Below are positions 39,355-45,249 of a stretch of DNA of 45,249 bases, in pieces. How positions within the stretch are numbered: the first letter of the stretch is position 1; every line of letters begins with the position of its first letter. The notes under the pieces were generated by a model that was not told where the DNA came from, did no database searches, and saw nothing but the letters and a program-made list of their open reading frames with translations. Both the position numbers and the translations under genes were made by a program. The stretch is from assembly GCA_964501035.1 (NCBI GenBank), contig CAZCRK010000007.1:1-45249 (forward strand). Reading direction: 5' to 3'.

Positions 39355-40985
39355 TACATCCTCTCTGGAGCAGAAATACCCAAAATTCGTAAACCATTTG
39401 CTAAAACAATTCGACTTCCTTCAACTAAAACAAGTCTAGCCTCAGTTAATTGTTTATCATCAATAATGACACGTTCATTTGCATAATATCTATGAAATAC
39501 ACCAGATAACTCATGTAAATAGTTCGCAATAGCTTGCGGTTCAAGGGTATGTGCACTTCGTTTAATAATTTCAGGGAATAATGCTAATTTTTGTATTAAT
39601 TGATGTTCATATTCTGAGGTAAGTAATGATAAATCTGCTTCTTTATTTAAAGCATGACCAAATGCTTCACCTCTTTTTATAATATTGCAAGTCCTTGCAT
39701 GGGCATATTGTAGATAGAACACTGGGTTTTCATCGGATTGATTTTTGGCAAGATCTAAGTCAAAATTCAAATGAGAATTCATTCCCCTCATGATGAAAAA
39801 GTACCGTACAACATCCGCACCAACTTCATCAATTAACTCATCAAGAGTTATAAAATTTGCCTTGCGTGTGGACATTTTAACTGGTTTTCCATCTTTTAAT
39901 ATGGTTACAAATTGGTGAATAAGTACATTTACTTTATCAGATGCATACCCTAGTTGATTTAACACTTCAAGAACATCGGGATAAGCATCCATGTGATCTG
40001 CACCAAATACATCTACTATTTCATCAAACCCACGTTCAAATTTAGTACGATGGTATGCCATATCTGGCAATCGATATGTAGGTTCTCCAGTACTTTTGAT
40101 AAGTACTCTATCTGCTTCACGACCTACAGCAGTTCCTTTAAACCAAGTTGCATCATCTTTTTCATAAATCAGCCCTTTGTCACGTAATTCTTCGATAACT
40201 TTATAGATTTCATTATTTTCATATAGAGTATGTTCATTAAAAAAGGAATCAAAAACCAACCCGAGCCGTGCTAACGTTGATTTTATATCATCAAAAATTA
40301 TGGATTCTGCTGTGTCTTTGAATACTGGTGATTTTAACTCATTTGCGAGCGCATCTGAATGTGTATCAATGATATTTTGTGCTATATCACGAATATATTC
40401 CCCTTCGTATCCACCCTCGGGGAAATCAAAGTCTAAATTTTGAAGTTCTAAATATCTGGCTCTAACTGATTCACCCAAAACTCTCATCTGTCGACCAGCA
40501 TTATTGAAGTAATATTCACGTTGAACATTGTAACCATTCCATTCAAGAATATTACTTACCGTATCACCCAACATTGCACCTCTACCATGTCCAATCGTTA
40601 AGGGTCCTGTTGGATTTGCGCTTACAAATTCTACCAATACTTTTAAACCATTAGCTGTTGTTTGTTTTCCAAAATTGCTTCCTTGGTTAACAATGTCTAA
40701 CAACTGTTGCACAACTGTATTTTTATTGAGAGTAAAATTTATAAATCCAGGTCCAGCAATTGATATACTTTCAAATGCATTGGAGTCCATATGTTGCAGC
40801 TCTGCAACAATTTCTTCTGCAATAACTCGAGGAGACTTCCCTAATGGTTTAGCTAATAACATGGCAGTATTTGTAGAAAAATCACCGTGTTCAGGATTTT
40901 TGGGATATTCAACAATTACATTTGTTTTAGGAAATTCCAAATTAGACAATGCTAAATTGATTGTATCAATTAACATATCTTTCAT
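39354..40985 (-). CDS. argS: Arginine--tRNA ligase
   Basis: EFVSANPTGPLTIGHGRG (HIGH variant), EYYFNNAGRQ, GADH, KMSTR, NPVFYLQYAHAR, LGISAPERM. Confidence 0.97.
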   Translation of the reverse strand: MKDMLIDTINLALSNLEFPKTNVIVEYPKNPEHGDFSTNTAMLLAKPLGKSPRVIAEEIVAELQHMDSNAFESISIAGPGFINFTLNKNTVVQQLLDIVNQGSNFGKQTTANGLKVLVEFVSANPTGPLTIGHGRGAMLGDTVSNILEWNGYNVQREYYFNNAGRQMRVLGESVRARYLELQNLDFDFPEGGYEGEYIRDIAQNIIDTHSDALANELKSPVFKDTAESIIFDDIKSTLARLGLVFDSFFNEHTLYENNEIYKVIEELRDKGLIYEKDDATWFKGTAVGREADRVLIKSTGEPTYRLPDMAYHRTKFERGFDEIVDVFGADHMDAYPDVLEVLNQLGYASDKVNVLIHQFVTILKDGKPVKMSTRKANFITLDELIDEVGADVVRYFFIMRGMNSHLNFDLDLAKNQSDENPVFYLQYAHARTCNIIKRGEAFGHALNKEADLSLLTSEYEHQLIQKLALFPEIIKRSAHTLEPQAIANYLHELSGVFHRYYANERVIIDDKQLTEARLVLVEGSRIVLANGLRILGISAPERM

Positions 40986-41362
40986 TATTCGTTTCCATCC
41001 TGTATTTCAGTAATTTTTGCATCTGCCCATAATCTTTCAAAGTCATAATATTCTCTAGCTTCTTTACTAAAAATATGAACCACTAGGTTCACATAGTCCA
41101 GTAAAATCCACTCTAAATGTTGATACCCTTCAATATGCCATGGTTTAATTCCATCTGCACGTAGTGTATCATCAATATGACTACTAATCGCTTTGGATTG
41201 AGGGTCAGATTCTGATGTGCAAATGATAAAATAGTCAGTTAATGAAGTCAATTCTCTAACATCGATAATTTTTATATCTTTCGCTTTCCGTTCCAGCATT
41301 AACTCAGCAATTTGGTTAGTAATTTCGTGTGAAGCAATAACTTGCTCTCGTTTGTTTGTCAT
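40985..41362 (-). CDS. rsfS: Ribosome silencing factor RsfS
   Basis: KAKDI, TDYFIICT, EG....WILLDY, VHIF...REYYDFERLW. Confidence 0.95.
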   Translation of the reverse strand: MTNKREQVIASHEITNQIAELMLERKAKDIKIIDVRELTSLTDYFIICTSESDPQSKAISSHIDDTLRADGIKPWHIEGYQHLEWILLDYVNLVVHIFSKEAREYYDFERLWADAKITEIQDGNE

Positions 41363-41379
41363 TTTATTTTTTATTCCAA

Positions 41380-41928
41380 TTATAGAGGGTTATTCAATTT
41401 TTCAGCTTTCCCATGGGAAGGTAAAGTGGTATAATTTCTACCAATTATTAGGGTCAAATCGTGGAATAGAAAATCATTTTGTTCAATTTCAATTAAATTC
41501 TCAGAAATACCAATTGCACTAGCAAGTTCATTAGCTCTTGAAATATCATTACTATGATGTAAAATTTTAGTTTTTTGGTACATAAAGTTTGATGCATTTG
41601 TTGAACTTACAACATCAAACCCTTCTTCTCTTAAGAAATCGGTAAACAAATGTGCTGCTCCAGGGACTCCACATCCATTTTGAATTTCAACTTTTATTTT
41701 ATAACCCGTTTCTTTTTCATAAGGAGTTGAACGTAGTAATGATGACAGATTTGTTTTCTTAAATGATATAGTATTTTCATTAGATGAAAAACTTGAAATT
41801 GTGGAGATTAAAAACCCAAGTACAATGATAACTAAAACACCCATTATACTATTGGCTAGCATATTTTGAGTATTTACTCTTGACGGTTTCTTTTTTCTGT
41901 TTCTTTTACCCTTTATTTTTCTTACCAA
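41380..41928 (-). CDS. Membrane-anchored LytR C-terminal domain protein
   Basis: Basic N-terminus, single TM, VEIQNGCGVPGAA, GFDVVSSTNA, DLTLIIGRNY. TTG start. Confidence 0.85.
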   Translation of the reverse strand: MVRKIKGKRNRKKKPSRVNTQNMLANSIMGVLVIIVLGFLISTISSFSSNENTISFKKTNLSSLLRSTPYEKETGYKIKVEIQNGCGVPGAAHLFTDFLREEGFDVVSSTNASNFMYQKTKILHHSNDISRANELASAIGISENLIEIEQNDFLFHDLTLIIGRNYTTLPSHGKAEKLNNPL

Positions 41929-41930
41929 AA

Positions 41931-42356
41931 TTAATTACCCCAAGGATGTTGATTATTTGAAAAATAGTTTCCATTTGAGTTTCGGAATTGCAAACTGAAG
42001 AATACATTATCTGAAAATTTATAATCTAACCCAATATCATATTGAACATTAAACTCTGATTGAAACTGATTGCCATTTATTGAATATGATGGTTTAACCA
42101 AGTGAAAATTTCCATGCAATTTCATATTCGGATTAATTTGATAATTCATGTAGTTTGAAAACACACCAGTAGAACCACTTACATTGTTACCAAATGATGA
42201 AACAAATGTTAGCCCATGACTCATTGTAAATTTATTTTCATCAAAAAATGCAGATGATGTATTTTGTAATCCAAGCTCTATTTCTTCGGATTGAAAAGGC
42301 TGACTGTATTGGCAAAACACAGTACTTACTATCAACAAAAATAACAAATTTTTCAT
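41931..42356 (-). CDS. Hypothetical exported protein, aromatic-rich with predicted amphipathic beta strands
   Basis: Signal peptide MKNLLFLLIVSTVFC; alternating patterns such as YDIGLDYKFSDNVFFSLQF. ATGA overlap with the upstream gene. Confidence 0.75.
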   Translation of the reverse strand: MKNLLFLLIVSTVFCQYSQPFQSEEIELGLQNTSSAFFDENKFTMSHGLTFVSSFGNNVSGSTGVFSNYMNYQINPNMKLHGNFHLVKPSYSINGNQFQSEFNVQYDIGLDYKFSDNVFFSLQFRNSNGNYFSNNQHPWGN

Positions 42357-43099
42357 CTATTTCTCCAAATATTATCAAGTTCTTTCAATTGTTCAGTCGT
42401 ATTTACCCCTTGAATTTCGGAAATATTTTCCGTTTTTTCAATAGCTACTTTATATTTTTTTGCTTTTATCATCGGAATAACATCTGGTAAATAATATTCA
42501 CCTTGCGCATTATTGTTCCGAACTTGTGGTAAAAGTTTAAACAATAATTTTGAATCGAAAACATAAATTCCAGCATTTATTTCAGTAATTGCTTTTTCTT
42601 CGTCTGATGCATCTTTATGTTCAACGATTTTTTCAAAATGTTCATTTTTGTTTCGAACAACTCGTCCATAACCTGTTGGATCATCAAAATCAGCAGTCAG
42701 TAAAGTAGCTGATGCATCCGAAGTTGAATGAGTCTGTATTAATTTTTTTAATGTTTTAATACTTATCAATGGTACATCTCCGGATAAAATTAAAACATTA
42801 CCTTCAAAATTGGACATGATGGCTCTACATTGATTCACAGCATGACCCGTTCCGTTTTGTTCTAGCTGAAAAGCAAAATCTAACGTTTCATTCTTGAGAG
42901 CATTTTGAACCATTTCATATTGATAACCAATAACGGGGATTATTTTTTGGGCACCTAAATTTCTGGCAACATCTATAACTCGCTTTAACATAGGTTCTCC
43001 ACCAATAGAATGAAGTACTTTAGGTAGGTCAGATTCCATCCGAGTACCCTTACCAGCAGCCAAAATAATTACAGCTAAATGTGTGTTATGATAGTTCAA
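42353..43099 (-). CDS. Sugar-phosphate nucleotidyltransferase: GlmU N-terminal (uridyltransferase) domain only
   Basis: LAAGKGTRM, PKVLH, QNGTGHAV, SGDVPL, PTGYGRV, IVEHKDA, EINAGIY, NAQGEYYLPD, GVNT. Ends at 248 aa with no hexapeptide repeats. Confidence 0.9.
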   Translation of the reverse strand: MNYHNTHLAVIILAAGKGTRMESDLPKVLHSIGGEPMLKRVIDVARNLGAQKIIPVIGYQYEMVQNALKNETLDFAFQLEQNGTGHAVNQCRAIMSNFEGNVLILSGDVPLISIKTLKKLIQTHSTSDASATLLTADFDDPTGYGRVVRNKNEHFEKIVEHKDASDEEKAITEINAGIYVFDSKLLFKLLPQVRNNNAQGEYYLPDVIPMIKAKKYKVAIEKTENISEIQGVNTTEQLKELDNIWRNR

Positions 43100-44168
43100 T
43101 AATTCCTCCTCCTAAAACACGATCTTTGTCATAGAACACAATTGATTGACCCGGAGTTACAGCTAATTGAGGTTCCTTGAATACAACGGAAATTATATGT
43201 TCTTTTTTAGAAATTGTACAATTTACAGCAGTACTATTATATCTAATTTGGCATTGAATATCTGACGGAAAATCAGGATTATCAATCAACCAATTTAGAT
43301 GTTTCACATTACATGATTCAGAATATAATGAGTTTTTTTCTCCCACTACAATTTGATTATTTTCAGGGTTAATCTCTTTTACATATCTGGGTTCAGGAAA
43401 TGATAGCCCTAACCCCTTTCTTTGTCCAACGGTGTAGTCAGTAAAACCAGAATGTTTTCCAAGAGTTTTCCCATTTTCATTTACAATATTTCCTTCGCCT
43501 ATTTTATCTATTTCATTTGGAGAATACTCAGAGAGAAATCGTTTGTAATTATTATCTGCTACGAAGCAAATTTCCATACTTTCTGGGGTTTCTGCAGATT
43601 CTAAATTGTGTTTTCTAGCAATTTCGCGAACTTCAGTTTTATGTAATCCACCTAAAGGTAATAATGTTCTTGATAATGTTTCCTTAGGAATACCCCATAA
43701 CACATAAGCTTGATCTTTTACAGGGTCAACACCTTTTAACAGAGAATATTCATCACCAATTTCTTCAATTTGAGCATAATGTCCCGTTGAAATATACTTC
43801 GCACCCAATTGGTCAGCTTGTTGAATAAATGCATCCCATTTAACAAACGAATTGCACCGCACACAAGGATTTGGAGTTCTGCCTGATAGGTATTCAGATA
43901 CAAAGTTTTCAACGACAGTTTCTTTAAAAACACCAGTAAAATCCAAAGTGTAGTGCGGGAATCCCATTTTATCGCAAACAAGTTTTGCTGTGTTTATAGA
44001 TTCGACAGAACAACAATTAGTTTCGTTGACTAAATTTCCACCAACATCGTTGTAATCCCATAGTTTCATGGTTACACCAATAGGTTCATATCCTTGTTCG
44101 ATAATTTTAATCAAGGCAACAGAGCTGTCCACACCTCCTGACATTGCTACGAGTACTTTATCAGCCAT
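43086..44168 (-). CDS. mnmA: tRNA-specific 2-thiouridylase MnmA
   Basis: AMSGGVDSS, GRTPNPCVRCN, TGHYA, KDQAY, ESMEICF, YTVGQRKGL, AVTPGQ. Confidence 0.97.
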   Translation of the reverse strand: MADKVLVAMSGGVDSSVALIKIIEQGYEPIGVTMKLWDYNDVGGNLVNETNCCSVESINTAKLVCDKMGFPHYTLDFTGVFKETVVENFVSEYLSGRTPNPCVRCNSFVKWDAFIQQADQLGAKYISTGHYAQIEEIGDEYSLLKGVDPVKDQAYVLWGIPKETLSRTLLPLGGLHKTEVREIARKHNLESAETPESMEICFVADNNYKRFLSEYSPNEIDKIGEGNIVNENGKTLGKHSGFTDYTVGQRKGLGLSFPEPRYVKEINPENNQIVVGEKNSLYSESCNVKHLNWLIDNPDFPSDIQCQIRYNSTAVNCTISKKEHIISVVFKEPQLAVTPGQSIVFYDKDRVLGGGIIELS

Positions 44169-45249
44169 CTGATAATATCATTTGTACTTGATTTGAAACT
44201 GCGTTTGCAACCATCTCAACTTCTTCAATTGAGTGATGTTTGCCAAAAGAAATTCTGACAGTATTAAGTGCGTCACTTTCGCTCATTCCAATTTCTAGTA
44301 ATGTCTTTGATGCTTTCATAGAGCCGGATGAACATGCGGATCCAAATGAAATAGCGATTCCCTGAATATCCAAATTTATCAAAAGAGATTGACCATTTAC
44401 ACCATAAAAGGTAAGATTACAAATTCCTGGAACCCTATTTTTTCCATTTAACTTAAATTGGACGCCTGATTTTTCTAATACAGACAAAAAGTGATTTTCA
44501 ATATGTTTTACATGGTTTGTATTGTTTTCAATATTTACAATTGCAAGTTCAGAAGCTAATCCAAAACCTGCAATAGCGTCCACATTTTCTGTACCCGCTC
44601 TAAGATTGCTTTCTTGACCTCCACCATATATAAGGGGTGGGAGATTCATACCATTTCGAAGATAAAGAACCCCAACACCTTTTGGCCCATAAATTTTATG
44701 TCCTGCTAAACTTATAAAATCTATAGGAGTTTTTGATACTTCAAAAGAGGATTTTCCAAACATTTGAACTAAATCAGAATGAAATAAAATATCATTATTC
44801 CTACAAAACTCACCAATTTCCCGAATTGGATTTATAGTCCCAAGCTCATTATTAACACCCATAATTGAAATAAGTTTTGTATTTGATTTACACGCTTTGA
44901 ATACATATTTTTCATCAATGCTTCCATCACTACTAGGTGAAACCAGAGTTGTTTCAACTCCTTTACTTTCTAGAAATCTTGCAGTGTTTAATATGGATGG
45001 ATGTTCAAACGAAGATGTGACAAAATGGTCACCAGATTTTAATGTATTTTGTAAAACAATATTATTAGATTCTGATCCACCACTTGTAAAAATAATTTCT
45101 GATGAATTTGCTTGTAATGATTTTGCGACTTGTTTTCGTGCTCTTTCAACAACGGCTTTAGCCTCTTGCCCAAATCTGTGTACACTTGATGGATTGCCAA
45201 AAACATTGTTTTGGGTATGAGTCATCAATTCTAATACAGTAGAGTCAAT
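44161..45249 (-). CDS. iscS: Cysteine desulfurase, IscS/NifS group I (5'-truncated by window edge)
   Basis: GNPSSVH, FTSGGSESNN, EHPS, NNELG, PLP lysine in AGHKIYGPKG, RAGTEN, GSACSSG. Frame stays open to 45249 (IDSTVLELM). Confidence 0.93.
   Translation of the reverse strand: MDSTVLELMTHTQNNVFGNPSSVHRFGQEAKAVVERARKQVAKSLQANSSEIIFTSGGSESNNIVLQNTLKSGDHFVTSSFEHPSILNTARFLESKGVETTLVSPSSDGSIDEKYVFKACKSNTKLISIMGVNNELGTINPIREIGEFCRNNDILFHSDLVQMFGKSSFEVSKTPIDFISLAGHKIYGPKGVGVLYLRNGMNLPPLIYGGGQESNLRAGTENVDAIAGFGLASELAIVNIENNTNHVKHIENHFLSVLEKSGVQFKLNGKNRVPGICNLTFYGVNGQSLLINLDIQGIAISFGSACSSGSMKASKTLLEIGMSESDALNTVRISFGKHHSIEEVEMVANAVSNQVQMILSDG

Noticed and set aside
39354..40985. ArgS TIGH instead of HIGH as a defect
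   Set aside because: A tolerated variant; all other motifs are intact.

Overview
AT-rich, densely coding bacterial chromosome segment using standard code 11 (TGG = Trp; TGA ends genes at 7379, 42353 and 44161). It is most consistent with a marine FCB-group lineage such as Ca. Marinimicrobia (inference from a C-terminal dockerin-like domain, a stand-alone GlmU N-domain and LytR_C-rsfS-argS synteny). Most of the window is housekeeping: carB, rsgA, gcdH, tRNA-Glu, plsY, a DAK2-DegV fusion, miaA, rmuC, gdhA, acs, aspS, argS, rsfS, mnmA, iscS. The most notable items are absent from, or not explained by, the ORF track. (1) A hidden 113-codon minus-strand gene (38358-38699) encodes a membrane-anchored or exported HMA/MerP-like domain whose CxxC metal site is TGA-x-x-TGA, followed by a bacterial-SECIS-like hairpin: a candidate UxxU di-selenocysteine metal-binding protein at the end of the iscS-mnmA...argS-marC operon. 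(2) A 996-aa REC-REC-PPDK_N-phosphoHis-swivel protein with no substrate domain lies next to gdhA: a candidate dikinase-derived phosphorelay. (3) A lone integron-type gene cassette (4436-5333) with a degenerate attC sits at the HDAC stop codon, with no integrase in the window. (4) A monocistronic 75-aa basic tandem-repeat protein lies behind a phased A-tract promoter. All product calls come from motif recognition by eye; no database searches were run.
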